The position numbers and the translations under genes were made by a program. A DNA stretch of 64,000 bases from an uncultured Lachnospiraceae bacterium (GTDB lineage: Bacteria; Bacillota; Clostridia; Lachnospirales; Lachnospiraceae): assembly GCA_947632515.1 (NCBI GenBank), contig CANRPO010000003.1, forward strand, positions 82,065 through 146,064. Reading direction: 5' to 3'. Below are positions 27,887-37,714 of the stretch, in pieces. The stretch's first letter is position 1; each line of letters begins with the position of its first letter. Below the pieces are notes generated by a model, which saw only the letters and a list, made by a program, of their open reading frames with translations, ran no database searches and was not told the origin of the DNA.

Positions 27887-30394
27887 ATGGCAAAAAAAGC
27901 TGTGACATCAACATTTGATACAGAACTTTTCAAGAGGAGCGTTCTGTACAATGTGAAGACACTGTACAGAAAGACGCTTGAGGAGGCGACGGATCAGCAG
28001 ATCTTCCAGGCGGTATCCTACGCGATCAAGGACGCGGTCGTAGACCAGTGGCTGACAACCCAGAAAGAGTTTGACAAACAGGATCCCAAGATGGTGTACT
28101 ATCTGTCCATGGAGTTTTTGATGGGGCGTGCACTGGGTAACAATATCATCAATCTGCAGGCGTACAAGGAAGTAAAGAAAGCGCTTGACGAGCTCGGCAT
28201 CGACATCAACGTGGTGGAGGATCAGGAGCCGGACGCGGCGCTCGGCAACGGCGGTCTGGGAAGGCTTGCGGCATGTTTCCTCGACTCTCTGGCGACTCTG
28301 GGCTATGCGGCGTACGGCTGCGGCATCCGATACCGTTACGGCATGTTCAAGCAGGAGATCAGGGACGGTTATCAGGTGGAAGTGCCGGACAACTGGCTGA
28401 AGGACGGCAACCCCTTCGAGCTGAGGAGACCGGAGTACACCAAGGAGGTCAGGTTCGGCGGCTATGTCAACGTCTATGTGGACGAGAACGGCAGGAGCAA
28501 TTTCCGACAGGAAGGCTATCAGGCGGTGCGGGCTATCCCGTATGATCTGCCCGTGGTAGGCTACGGCAGCGGCCTCGTAAACACGCTGCGCATCTGGGAC
28601 GCGGAGCCTGTGGAGTGTTTTCAGCTCGACTCCTTCGACAAGGGCGATTATCAGAGAGCGGTGGAGCAGGAGAATCTGGCGAGAAATATCGTGGAGGTGC
28701 TCTACCCCAACGACAACCACTACGCGGGCAAGGAGCTGCGCTTAAAGCAGCAGTACTTCTTTATCTCCGCCTCGGTGCAGGAGGCGGTGGCGCGCTATAT
28801 GCGCAAGCATGACGACATCAGGAAGTTCCACGAGAAGGTGACGTTCCAGCTGAACGATACGCACCCCACGGTGGCGATTGCGGAGCTGATGCGTATTCTG
28901 ATGGACGAGTACTATCTGACGTGGGACGAGGCGTGGGAAGTGACCACGAAGACTTGCGCGTACACAAATCACACGATCATGTCGGAGGCATTGGAGAAGT
29001 GGCCCATCGAGCTGTTCTCCCGTCTGCTGCCGAGAGTATATCAGATCGTGGAGGAGATCAACCGCAGATTCGTGGCGCAGATCGAGCAGAAATATCCCGG
29101 CAATCAGGAGAAGATACGCAAGATGGCGATCATCTACGACGGGCAGGTGAAGATGGCGCATCTGGCGATTGCGGCGGGCTACTCTGTCAACGGCGTGGCC
29201 AGATTACATACGGAGATCCTGAAAAATCAGGAGTTGAAGGATTTCTACGAGATGATGCCCGAAAAGTTCAACAACAAGACCAACGGCATCACGCAGCGGC
29301 GTTTCCTGCTGCACGCCAACCCGCTCCTTGCGGATTGGGTGACGGCGCATGTGGGGAGCGACTGGATCACCGATCTGCCCAAGATCAACAAGCTGAAGAT
29401 CTACGCGGACGACGAGAAGGCGCAGCATGAGTTCATGAACATCAAGTATCAGAACAAGGTGCGTCTGGCGCAGTATATTCTGGAGCACAACGGCATCGAG
29501 GTAGACCCCCGCTCCATCTTCGACGTGCAGGTCAAGAGACTGCACGAGTACAAGCGGCAGCTTTTGAACATTCTGCATGTCATGTACCTGTACAATGAAC
29601 TGAAAGAACATCCTGACATGGATTTCTATCCAAGAACGTTTATCTTCGGCGCGAAGGCGGCGGCGGGGTACATGAACGCCAAGCTGACGATCAAGCTGAT
29701 CAACTCCGTGGCCGACGTGGTAAACAACGACCCGGAGATCAAAGGCAGGATCAAGGTGGTATTTATCGAGAACTACCGCGTGTCCAACGCGGAGATCATC
29801 TTCGCGGCCTCCGACGTGTCGGAGCAGATCTCCACGGCCAGCAAGGAGGCGTCCGGCACGGGCAACATGAAGTTTATGCTCAACGGCGCGCTGACCCTCG
29901 GCACCATGGACGGCGCGAACGTGGAGATCGTGGAGGAGGTCGGAGAGGAGAACGCGTTTATCTTCGGTCTGAGCTCCGATGAGGTCATCCGTTACGAGAA
30001 CTATGGCGGCTACGATCCGACAGAGATCTTCAACAATGATCCCGATGTGCGCAAGGTTCTGATGCAGCTGATCAACGGCACCTACGCGCCGAACGATCCC
30101 GATCTGTTCAGACCGCTGTACAATTCGTTATTGAATACGCAGAGCACTGCCAAGGCGGACACCTACTTTATCCTGAAGGATTTCAAAGCCTATGCTGCGG
30201 CGCAGGAGAGAGTTGAACAGGCGTACAGGAACGAGAGCGGCTGGGCGAGGAGCGCGATCCTCAACGTGGCATGTTCCGGCAAGTTCACCTCCGACAGAAC
30301 CATTCAGGAGTATGTGGACGAGATCTGGAAACTGGATAAGGTCGTGATCCCCAAGACGCCGATCTCGACCGATAAGAAATCGACGAGCAAGTAA
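27887..30394 (+). CDS. glgP: Glycogen/starch phosphorylase
   Basis: DAALGNGGLGRLAACF, QLNDTHP, KRLHEYKRQ, EASGTGNMKF. Confidence 0.97.
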   Translation: MAKKAVTSTFDTELFKRSVLYNVKTLYRKTLEEATDQQIFQAVSYAIKDAVVDQWLTTQKEFDKQDPKMVYYLSMEFLMGRALGNNIINLQAYKEVKKALDELGIDINVVEDQEPDAALGNGGLGRLAACFLDSLATLGYAAYGCGIRYRYGMFKQEIRDGYQVEVPDNWLKDGNPFELRRPEYTKEVRFGGYVNVYVDENGRSNFRQEGYQAVRAIPYDLPVVGYGSGLVNTLRIWDAEPVECFQLDSFDKGDYQRAVEQENLARNIVEVLYPNDNHYAGKELRLKQQYFFISASVQEAVARYMRKHDDIRKFHEKVTFQLNDTHPTVAIAELMRILMDEYYLTWDEAWEVTTKTCAYTNHTIMSEALEKWPIELFSRLLPRVYQIVEEINRRFVAQIEQKYPGNQEKIRKMAIIYDGQVKMAHLAIAAGYSVNGVARLHTEILKNQELKDFYEMMPEKFNNKTNGITQRRFLLHANPLLADWVTAHVGSDWITDLPKINKLKIYADDEKAQHEFMNIKYQNKVRLAQYILEHNGIEVDPRSIFDVQVKRLHEYKRQLLNILHVMYLYNELKEHPDMDFYPRTFIFGAKAAAGYMNAKLTIKLINSVADVVNNDPEIKGRIKVVFIENYRVSNAEIIFAASDVSEQISTASKEASGTGNMKFMLNGALTLGTMDGANVEIVEEVGEENAFIFGLSSDEVIRYENYGGYDPTEIFNNDPDVRKVLMQLINGTYAPNDPDLFRPLYNSLLNTQSTAKADTYFILKDFKAYAAAQERVEQAYRNESGWARSAILNVACSGKFTSDRTIQEYVDEIWKLDKVVIPKTPISTDKKSTSK

Positions 30395-30401
30395 TCACAA
30401 C

Positions 30402-30434
30402 AAAGGCTGTTGTCTGTTGGCAACAGCCTTTCTT
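30402..30434 (+). terminator. Terminator after glgP
   Basis: AAAGGCTGTTG-N8-CAACAGCCTTT + TCTT. Confidence 0.8.
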
Positions 30435-30460
30435 ATCCATGAAACACGCGGGAAGAACGT

Positions 30461-31483
30461 ATGGAACAGAACAGGGAAAGTGACAGGACGCTTTGCGCGG
30501 CTCGCCGCGTTCTGGCGTATTACAGGGATGTCTTCGGGGCAGACTGTTTTCCGGAACCGCTGTATTTCTCGGAGAACAGATCATATCTCGTGCGGCGGCA
30601 GCCGGGAACGGTGTGCGCCGTCCTGCGCATGAGCCGCCCGTCTTACCACACGGAGGAGGAATTGGACGCCGAGCTTAGGTGGATGGACCGGCTCAGGCGT
30701 GATACATCCCTGATTCTGCGGGAGCCGATCGCAGGCGCGGACGGAAAGCGTATCCATACAGTGCGCGGCGAGGCGGGCGTCGCGTATCACGGCACTGTAT
30801 TCAGCTATCTGGACGGGACGCCGTTGGAGCGTCTGCCGATGGAGGAACAGGCGGCGTGGTTCGAGCGGGTGGGAGAGATCACGGCGCAGCTCCACAGGCA
30901 TGTGCGCGGCTGGAGCGGATCGCGCGGTCTGCAGCGCTTTCGCTGGGACTGTGAGAGCATGCTGGGAAGAGACGCGATCTGGGGAGACTGGCGCAGGACG
31001 CCGACTCTGTCACAGGGCGGCCGCATCCTGTTGGAGAGAGCGAACGAGGCGATCTGCGGGCGGCTCGCGGCGTACGGAATGACCGGGGAGAATTACGGAC
31101 TGATCCACAGCGATCTTCGCGGGGCCAATCTTCTGACGGATGGGACGGCGCTGAAGATCATCGACTTCGACGACTGCGGATACGGCTGGTACATGCAGGA
31201 TCTGTCCGGGTCCCTGAGTTTTGTGGAGACGAATCCGCTCCTGCCGGAATTGATCGGAAGATGGCTCGCGGGCTATCGGAGGATTGTGCCTCTGGGGCGG
31301 CAGGACATAGAGATGATACCGACGTTTATCATGATGCGGCGGCTGCAGCTGACGGCTTGGGTGACGACCCGCAGCGGCTCCGACGCCGTGCGCGGGATGG
31401 CGGGCGGTTTTGCGGCGGGCACTGTGGAGCTGGCAGAGCGGTATCTGGGCGGCGCTCTGCTGCCCGGCACATGGAAGGCATAG
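30461..31483 (+). CDS. APH/choline-kinase-fold phosphotransferase (homoserine kinase type II / YerI-like)
   Basis: SEN, LIHSDLRGANLL (Brenner motif), IIDFDDCGYGW. Confidence 0.8.
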   Translation: MEQNRESDRTLCAARRVLAYYRDVFGADCFPEPLYFSENRSYLVRRQPGTVCAVLRMSRPSYHTEEELDAELRWMDRLRRDTSLILREPIAGADGKRIHTVRGEAGVAYHGTVFSYLDGTPLERLPMEEQAAWFERVGEITAQLHRHVRGWSGSRGLQRFRWDCESMLGRDAIWGDWRRTPTLSQGGRILLERANEAICGRLAAYGMTGENYGLIHSDLRGANLLTDGTALKIIDFDDCGYGWYMQDLSGSLSFVETNPLLPELIGRWLAGYRRIVPLGRQDIEMIPTFIMMRRLQLTAWVTTRSGSDAVRGMAGGFAAGTVELAERYLGGALLPGTWKA

Positions 31484-31504
31484 TCTGATACGGGAGGGAC
31501 GGCG

Positions 31505-32815
31505 ATGGAAAGAGCGCTGCTTGTAGGCGTAAATCTGAATGACGGCGAAGATTATCTCCTCTCTTTGGAGGAGCTTGGCGCGCTGGCGGAGGCCTGCGAT
31601 ATGGAGGTCGTCGGCACGGTGGAGCAGACTCTGCCGTCGGTGAACAAGGCCTACTATATCGGCACGGGCAAAGTGGACGAGGTGCGGCTGTCTGCGGAAG
31701 AATGCGGCGCTGACGTGATCATTTTTGACAATTCCCTCTCCCCGATGCAGATGCGCAATCTGCAGGAGCGGCTTGAGAAACCGATTCTGGACAGAAGTAC
31801 ATTGATCCTTGACATCTTTGCCAGGCGTGCGAGATCCGGAGAGGCAAAACTGCAGGTCGAGGCGGCAAGGCTGCAGTATATGCTGCCGCGGCTGGTGGGT
31901 CTGCACGCGGCGCTCAGCCGTCAGGGCGGCGGCAGCGGCTCTCTGAGCAACAGGGGAGCGGGCGAGACGAAACTGGAACTGGACAGGCGTGTGCTGGAGC
32001 GTCGTCTGACGGAACTCAGACGGGAACTGAAGGAGTTGGGGGCGGAGCGTATGACCCAGCGCAAACGCCGCGCGGGAGCGGGTATACCGCGCGTGGCGCT
32101 GGTGGGCTATACGAACGCGGGAAAGTCCACGCTGATGAACGCCATGCTGGACTTGTACGGCAGCGGTGAGACGGATGTGGAGCAGAAGAAGGTCGTGGAA
32201 AAGGATATGCTGTTCGCCACGCTGGACACCACCGTGCGCAAGATCGAGCCGGAAAACCATCACACGTTCCTGTTGTCGGACACGGTAGGATTCATTCACA
32301 AGCTGCCCCACAATCTGGTGGAGGCCTTTCATTCCACTCTGGAAGAGGCGAGGGAGGCCGATCTGCTGCTGCAGGTCGTGGATTACAGCGATCCGCATTA
32401 CAGAGAACAGATCGCGGTGACCGACCGAACGCTGAAGGAACTGGGCGCGGAGGGGATTCCCATGCTCTACGTCTATAACAAGGCGGATCTGGTTCCGCCG
32501 GAGGAGATACCGGGACTTGCCGGAACGGAGCGGGAGCGGCTGTTGGAACATCTGCCGGTGGTGGCCCCAAACGGCGTCTATCTCTCCGCGAAAGAACGGA
32601 TCGGGATGGAAGAACTGCTCTGCCTGATCGAAAAGAGACTGGCGGGCGGGTACAGGGAGTGCGCCATGCTGATCCCCTATTCAGACGGCAGGGCGGTGTC
32701 CTATCTGAATGAAAACGCCGTAGTGTATGAGACGGAATATCTGGAGAATGGCGTGCGGCTCAAAGTGAACTGCCGCGAGCAGGACTACCGCCGCTATCGC
32801 AGGTATGTGCAGTAG
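31505..32815 (+). CDS. hflX: GTPase HflX
   Basis: LILDIFARRA, GAGETKLELDRR, GYTNAGKST, LFATLD, DTVGFI, NKAD. Confidence 0.96.
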   Translation: MERALLVGVNLNDGEDYLLSLEELGALAEACDMEVVGTVEQTLPSVNKAYYIGTGKVDEVRLSAEECGADVIIFDNSLSPMQMRNLQERLEKPILDRSTLILDIFARRARSGEAKLQVEAARLQYMLPRLVGLHAALSRQGGGSGSLSNRGAGETKLELDRRVLERRLTELRRELKELGAERMTQRKRRAGAGIPRVALVGYTNAGKSTLMNAMLDLYGSGETDVEQKKVVEKDMLFATLDTTVRKIEPENHHTFLLSDTVGFIHKLPHNLVEAFHSTLEEAREADLLLQVVDYSDPHYREQIAVTDRTLKELGAEGIPMLYVYNKADLVPPEEIPGLAGTERERLLEHLPVVAPNGVYLSAKERIGMEELLCLIEKRLAGGYRECAMLIPYSDGRAVSYLNENAVVYETEYLENGVRLKVNCREQDYRRYRRYVQ

Positions 32816-32834
32816 AAAAAGAAGGGAGGCAGTG

Positions 32835-32863
32835 TTGCGCGAAAAATATATATCGGGTATAAT
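32835..32863 (+). promoter_or_regulatory. sigmaA promoter of the aconitase gene
   Basis: TTGCGC-N17-TATAAT. Confidence 0.6.
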
Positions 32864-32959
32864 GGACGCGAAAGCAATGGGCCGCGGCAGATTTCCGGGC
32901 GGCACGGCTCACGACAGAAACAGGACAGTATGAAATTATCAGCAAGGAGAGGAATCGCT

Positions 32960-35257
32960 ATGATCAATTTATTGGAAGGCGGCGCGTATCTCGTAAACGG
33001 GACAGAGATCATTCCCGATACCGCGGACGCGGCGGCGCAGATGAAAAATAAGACGGGAAAAGAGCTGTCTAAGGCCGAGGCCGCGCAGAACACCATGGCC
33101 TACGGCATATTGAAGGATCACAACACTTCCGGAAACATGGAAAAGTTAAAGATCAGGTTTGACAAGCTGACGTCCCACGACATCACTTTCGTGGGGATCA
33201 TCCAGACGGCGCGGGCGTCGGGGCTGCAGAAATTCCCCATCCCCTATGTGCTGACGAACTGCCACAACTCCCTGTGCGCTGTGGGCGGCACGATCAACGA
33301 GGATGACCACATGTTCGGTCTGACCTGCGCCAAGAGATACGGCGGCGTCTATGTACCCCCGCATCAGGCGGTCATACACCAGTATGCGAGAGAGATGCTG
33401 GCGGGCGGCGGCAAGATGATCCTTGGGTCCGATTCCCACACCCGCTACGGCGCGCTCGGCACGATGGCCATGGGGGAGGGCGGGCCGGAGCTGGTCAAAC
33501 AGCTTTTGTCCCAGACCTACGACATCAATATGCCCGGCGTGGTGGGCGTGTACCTGACGGGAGCGCCCGTCAAGGGCGTAGGCCCGCAGGATGTGGCGCT
33601 CGCCATTATCGGCGCGGTGTTCGACAACGGTTATGTGAAGAATAAGGTGATGGAGTTCGTGGGTCCGGGCGTCGCGTCCCTGAGCGCGGATTTCCGTATC
33701 GGCATAGACGTTATGACCACGGAGACGACCTGCCTGTCCTCGATCTGGCAGACGGACGACCGGATCAGAGAGTTTTACGATATTCACGGCAGGGTGGAGG
33801 AATATAAGGAGTTAAAGCCGGGCGACGTGGCATACTATGACGGCATGATCACGGTGGATCTCTCCGAGATCAGACCGATGATCGCCATGCCTTTCCACCC
33901 CAGCAACACCTACACCATCGACGAGGTCAAGGCCAACTTAAAAGACGTGCTCCACGACGTGGAGGAGCGCGCCAAGGTCAGCCTGGACGGGGCGGTGCCC
34001 TACTCCCTGCAGGATAAGATTGTAGACGGTAAGTTTATGGTGGATCAGGGCATCATCGCAGGCTGCGCGGGCGGCGGTTTTGAGAATATCTGCGCGGCGG
34101 CGGATATTCTGAAAGGCGCTTACATAGGCTCCGACGGATTCACCCTGAGCGTGTACCCGGCCTCCATGCCGATCTATATGGAATTGATTAGAAACGGCTG
34201 CGCCGCCACGATCTTAGAGACGGGAGCGGTGCTGAAGACGGCCTTCTGCGGCCCCTGTTTCGGCGCGGGCGACACCCCCGCCAACAATGCGTTCAGCATC
34301 CGGCACTCCACGAGGAACTTCCCCAACAGGGAGGGCTCCAAGCTGCAGAACGGGCAGATCTCTTCCGTGGCGCTCATGGACGCCCGCTCCATCGCGGCGA
34401 CGGCGGCCAACAAGGGCGTGCTCACGGCGGCGACGGAGTTCGACGGCGAGATCGGCAGATACAAGTATCATTTCGACGCGAACATCTACAAGAATCGTGT
34501 ATTCGACTCCAAGGGCGTGGCGGACGAGAGCGTGGAGATCCGGTTCGGCCCCAATATCAAGGACTGGCCCGCCATGGGAGAACTGCCCGACAATCTGGTA
34601 CTTCGGGTCGTGTCTGAGATACACGATCCGGTCACGACCACGGACGAGCTGATCCCTTCCGGGGAGACGTCCTCCTACCGGTCGAATCCGCTGGGTTTGG
34701 CGGAGTTTACGCTTTCCAGAAAGGATCCTGAGTATGTAGGGCGCGCGAAGGATATTCAGCGGGCGGAGAAGGCGAGAATGCAGGGGGAGCATCCCTGCCA
34801 TGCGCATCCGGACGTAAAGCCGGTGATGAGCGTTGTGAAGAAGACCTTTGGGGACGTCTCCCACGAGAACACGGGATTCGGCTCCACGATCTTCGCGGTG
34901 AAACCGGGCGACGGTTCCGCCAGAGAGCAGGCGGCGAGCTGTCAGAAGGTGCTGGGCGGCTGGGCCAATATCGCCAACGAGTACGCCACCAAGCGTTACC
35001 GCTCCAACCTAATCAACTGGGGGATGCTGCCTTTCCTGATCCCTGCGGGCGAGCTGCCCTTCAGAAATCTGGACTATCTGTTCTTCCCCGGCATCCGAAA
35101 GGCTGTGGAGGAGAAGGCGGATGTGATCAAGGCGTACAAAGTCTCGGTGGAGGAGGAGAAACTTGTGGAGTTCGATCTGCGGCTGGGCGAGCTGACCGAC
35201 GAGGAGCGTCAGATCATCCTGAAGGGATGTCTCATCAATTATAACAGAGTGGGCTAA
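32960..35257 (+). CDS. Aconitase-family hydratase (YbhJ-like)
   Basis: [59 protein letters not shown]. Confidence 0.9.
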   Translation: MINLLEGGAYLVNGTEIIPDTADAAAQMKNKTGKELSKAEAAQNTMAYGILKDHNTSGNMEKLKIRFDKLTSHDITFVGIIQTARASGLQKFPIPYVLTNCHNSLCAVGGTINEDDHMFGLTCAKRYGGVYVPPHQAVIHQYAREMLAGGGKMILGSDSHTRYGALGTMAMGEGGPELVKQLLSQTYDINMPGVVGVYLTGAPVKGVGPQDVALAIIGAVFDNGYVKNKVMEFVGPGVASLSADFRIGIDVMTTETTCLSSIWQTDDRIREFYDIHGRVEEYKELKPGDVAYYDGMITVDLSEIRPMIAMPFHPSNTYTIDEVKANLKDVLHDVEERAKVSLDGAVPYSLQDKIVDGKFMVDQGIIAGCAGGGFENICAAADILKGAYIGSDGFTLSVYPASMPIYMELIRNGCAATILETGAVLKTAFCGPCFGAGDTPANNAFSIRHSTRNFPNREGSKLQNGQISSVALMDARSIAATAANKGVLTAATEFDGEIGRYKYHFDANIYKNRVFDSKGVADESVEIRFGPNIKDWPAMGELPDNLVLRVVSEIHDPVTTTDELIPSGETSSYRSNPLGLAEFTLSRKDPEYVGRAKDIQRAEKARMQGEHPCHAHPDVKPVMSVVKKTFGDVSHENTGFGSTIFAVKPGDGSAREQAASCQKVLGGWANIANEYATKRYRSNLINWGMLPFLIPAGELPFRNLDYLFFPGIRKAVEEKADVIKAYKVSVEEEKLVEFDLRLGELTDEERQIILKGCLINYNRVG

Positions 35258-35282
35258 ACTAATTGCGCTTAGAGGTCGATAT
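35255..35282 (+). promoter_or_regulatory. Putative sigma28 (SigD/FliA) promoter
   Basis: TAAA-N16-GTCGATAT versus consensus TAAA-N15/16-GCCGATAT. Confidence 0.6.
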
Positions 35283-35350
35283 ATAGAGTACAAGGGGCGG
35301 TTGATCTCGGCCGGACGGCTGTTTCTTGAATCTGAATAGGGTCAGACCAC

Positions 35351-35402
35351 GGACGGTGTTTTTCAAAGGAAAAGGATTTACTTTGAGGATGCCGTCCTTT
35401 CT
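35351..35402 (+). terminator. Hairpin with T tract (aconitase terminator or leader attenuator)
   Basis: GGACGGTGTTTTTCAAAG pairs with CTTTGAGGATGCCGTCC using G-U pairs, then TTTCT. Confidence 0.55.
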
Positions 35403-35479
35403 ATTTGCCATGCATCAGGGAAGGTGCAGTCGGTGGCACAGACGGGCATAGATCATGGTCTGAGCAAAAGGAGGTAGTA

Positions 35480-36577
35480 GTGAGAATTGATTCCGGCGCA
35501 GTAGGGATGGAATCGCACAGAAGTTACACTTCTGTAACGGCAAAGTCGGTGAGCGCCTCCACCGTGCGGCGTATGGGAGGACCCAACGAGGATTTGGACA
35601 GTCTTTTCGGTGATCTGATCAGTTCCGGTGAGAATGCGGATCAGACCGGTCAGGCTGAGAAGGAAGAGGATACCGCAAATCCGGAGGACATCACGACACA
35701 TTTCAGAAATTTATCCAATCCGTCAAGATTGTCGGCCAGACAGCAGCCGCAGGACACGGTCATGACGCTCAGGCAGTATTGTATGCGTTTTCTGATGGAG
35801 CTGTTATTCGGTTTTGGAAGGGACAGCGAAGATCTGTGGGGAGACGGAACGGGCGGTGTGCAGGCCGGCAGTATGGGAGCCGGCAGGACCTATCAGGCGG
35901 GCATTATCACCAATTCGTACTATCACATGGAGCAGGAGTGCACATCCTTCTCTACCACGGGCGTGGTGAAGACGGCGGACGGCAGAGAACTGTCGTTCAA
36001 TCTGGAATGCTCTATGAGCCGCAGGTTTGAGGAGTACTACCAGGAGACTTACAGTACGGGGATCAGGTATTGCGATCCGCTTGTAATCAATCTGGACACC
36101 GATGTGGCGAGCGTGTCGGATCAGAAGTTTTTCTTCGACTTGGATCAGGACGGCACGGAGGAGGAAATATCGTCGCTTGGGTCTGGCAGCGGATTTCTGG
36201 CGCTGGATTTAAACGGCGACGGTACGATCAACGACGGGTCGGAGCTTTTCGGCACGAAGTCCGGAGACGGGTTTGCGGATCTGGCGCAGTATGACGCCGA
36301 CGGCAACGGCTGGATCGACGAGGCTGACGAGATCTGGGATAAGCTGTTGATCTGGGTCAAGGATGAGGCGGGGAACGATACCCTGTACCATCTGGCCGAC
36401 CTGGGTGTGGGAGCGATAGGTCTGGCCAGTGTGTCCACGGAGTTTTCCTTAAATTCCGAGCAGGATAATCAGACAAACGCACGCATCAGAAGAACGGGCA
36501 TTTTCCTGTATGAGAACGGAACAGTGTCCACCTTGCAGCACTTGGATATGGCGCAGCATTTAGACGTGGCGCAGTAG
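35480..36577 (+). CDS. Hypothetical protein with Dx[DN]xDG Ca-binding loops (VCBS/EF-hand-like)
   Basis: DPLVINLD, FDLDQDG, LDLNGDGTINDGSELFG, YDADGNGWIDEAD; GTG start after AGGAGG; no signal peptide seen. Confidence 0.75.
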   Translation: MRIDSGAVGMESHRSYTSVTAKSVSASTVRRMGGPNEDLDSLFGDLISSGENADQTGQAEKEEDTANPEDITTHFRNLSNPSRLSARQQPQDTVMTLRQYCMRFLMELLFGFGRDSEDLWGDGTGGVQAGSMGAGRTYQAGIITNSYYHMEQECTSFSTTGVVKTADGRELSFNLECSMSRRFEEYYQETYSTGIRYCDPLVINLDTDVASVSDQKFFFDLDQDGTEEEISSLGSGSGFLALDLNGDGTINDGSELFGTKSGDGFADLAQYDADGNGWIDEADEIWDKLLIWVKDEAGNDTLYHLADLGVGAIGLASVSTEFSLNSEQDNQTNARIRRTGIFLYENGTVSTLQHLDMAQHLDVAQ

Positions 36578-36591
36578 CCGGCTGTCTGCGG

Positions 36592-36620
36592 GAATATTAT
36601 GTGGAATGCTCACATACACA
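36592..36620 (+). promoter_or_regulatory. Putative sigmaE promoter of spoIID
   Basis: GAATATT-N14-CATACACA. Confidence 0.5.
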
Positions 36621-36640
36621 TAATACATGTGAGGTGTTCC

Positions 36641-37630
36641 ATGAAAGAAAATAGAATCGTCTTAAAAAAAACAGGCAAAAGAGATGCAGGAGGCTTTCTT
36701 TTGCTTGTTTTTTTGCTGCCCTATGTGTGCGCCAGCCTGTGGGGACATGTGGGTGTGGAGACGGATGCGCTGCGTGCGGGCAAGGGCGTGGCCAAGGCGC
36801 CGTCAGACACGCAGGAGCGGATCAGGGCGGACATGGAGTGGGGCGTATGGGATCTTCCGATGGAGGAATATCTTGTCTATAAACTGGCGGAAATTATGCC
36901 GGAGAACTATGAGCCGGAGGCATTGAAAGCGCAGGCGGTACTCGTCAGGACCGAGATCGTGCGGGCGAGACAGGAGCAGGGGGACGGCCGGCTGTGCGTG
37001 TCCGGGGAAGAGCTGGAGAAGTGGTATGCGGCGGACGCGGGCGCGCGGGAAACGCTCTCGGTCTATGAGACGGCGGCCGAAGAGACGGAAGGACTGTATC
37101 TGTCCTATGAGGGGGCGCCTGCTCAGGCGCCATATTTTCGCGTCAGCAACGGACGGACAAGGGATGCGGCGGAAGTGTGGCAGACGGCGGAATTTCCGTA
37201 TCTGTCAGGCGTCCCCTGTGCGCAGGATAAAGCGTACCCGGAGTATGACAGCGAGGTGACTCTGTCCAAAATCAATTTTTTACATGAGATCCGGACCCGC
37301 TTTGATACAGCCTGTTCTGCGGAAAAGCTGTGGGAGGGAATGGAGTTTTCCTACGACGGGGCGGGATATGTGACGGATGTAACGTTCCTTGCCGACGGGG
37401 AGGAGGTCGGACAGATGGACGGCGAGGTGTTCCGCTATCTGTTCGGGCTGCCCTCGGCCTCCTTTGAGGTCAGGCGGACGGATACGCAGATCATTTTTCA
37501 AGTGACAGGGGTGGGACATGGATTCGGCATGAGTCAGTACGGCGCGAATTGCAGAGCGATCAACGGGGAGACTTATGATCAGATACTGAAAGAATTTTTT
37601 TCGGGGACAGAATTAGCAAAAATTGAATAA
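36641..37630 (+). CDS. spoIID: SpoIID/LytB-domain protein (divergent)
   Basis: N-terminal TM, EEYL...MP...PEALKAQAV..RT, SNGRT, GVGHGFGMSQYGAN; upstream of spoIIQ-like gene. Confidence 0.8.
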   Translation: MKENRIVLKKTGKRDAGGFLLLVFLLPYVCASLWGHVGVETDALRAGKGVAKAPSDTQERIRADMEWGVWDLPMEEYLVYKLAEIMPENYEPEALKAQAVLVRTEIVRARQEQGDGRLCVSGEELEKWYAADAGARETLSVYETAAEETEGLYLSYEGAPAQAPYFRVSNGRTRDAAEVWQTAEFPYLSGVPCAQDKAYPEYDSEVTLSKINFLHEIRTRFDTACSAEKLWEGMEFSYDGAGYVTDVTFLADGEEVGQMDGEVFRYLFGLPSASFEVRRTDTQIIFQVTGVGHGFGMSQYGANCRAINGETYDQILKEFFSGTELAKIE

Positions 37631-37653
37631 CCTGTCAAAAATGGGTAAGACTA
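37625..37653 (+). promoter_or_regulatory. Putative sigmaF promoter of the spoIIQ-like gene
   Basis: GAATA-N14-GGTAAGACTA. Confidence 0.5.
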
Positions 37654-37714
37654 ACACCATGTAAACTTTTACGAGAGGCCGGTAGGCAAACGTGAAAATA
37701 GGAGGCAAGATTTC

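Noticed and set aside
25378-27951. Long antisense ORFs (857 aa opposite ileS; also 2821-4932, 31010-32551, 58395-59708, 61894-63384)
   Set aside because: Shadow ORFs of GC-rich coding genes with biased codon use; no recognisable motifs.
32864-32915. GACGCGAAAGC...GGGCC resembling the c-di-GMP-I riboswitch junction
   Set aside because: It starts right after the -10 box, so the P1 GNRA hairpin is absent.
36535-36574. 18-bp near-duplication at the gene end (QHLDMA/QHLDVA)
   Set aside because: Tiny local duplication with no evidence of an insertion site.
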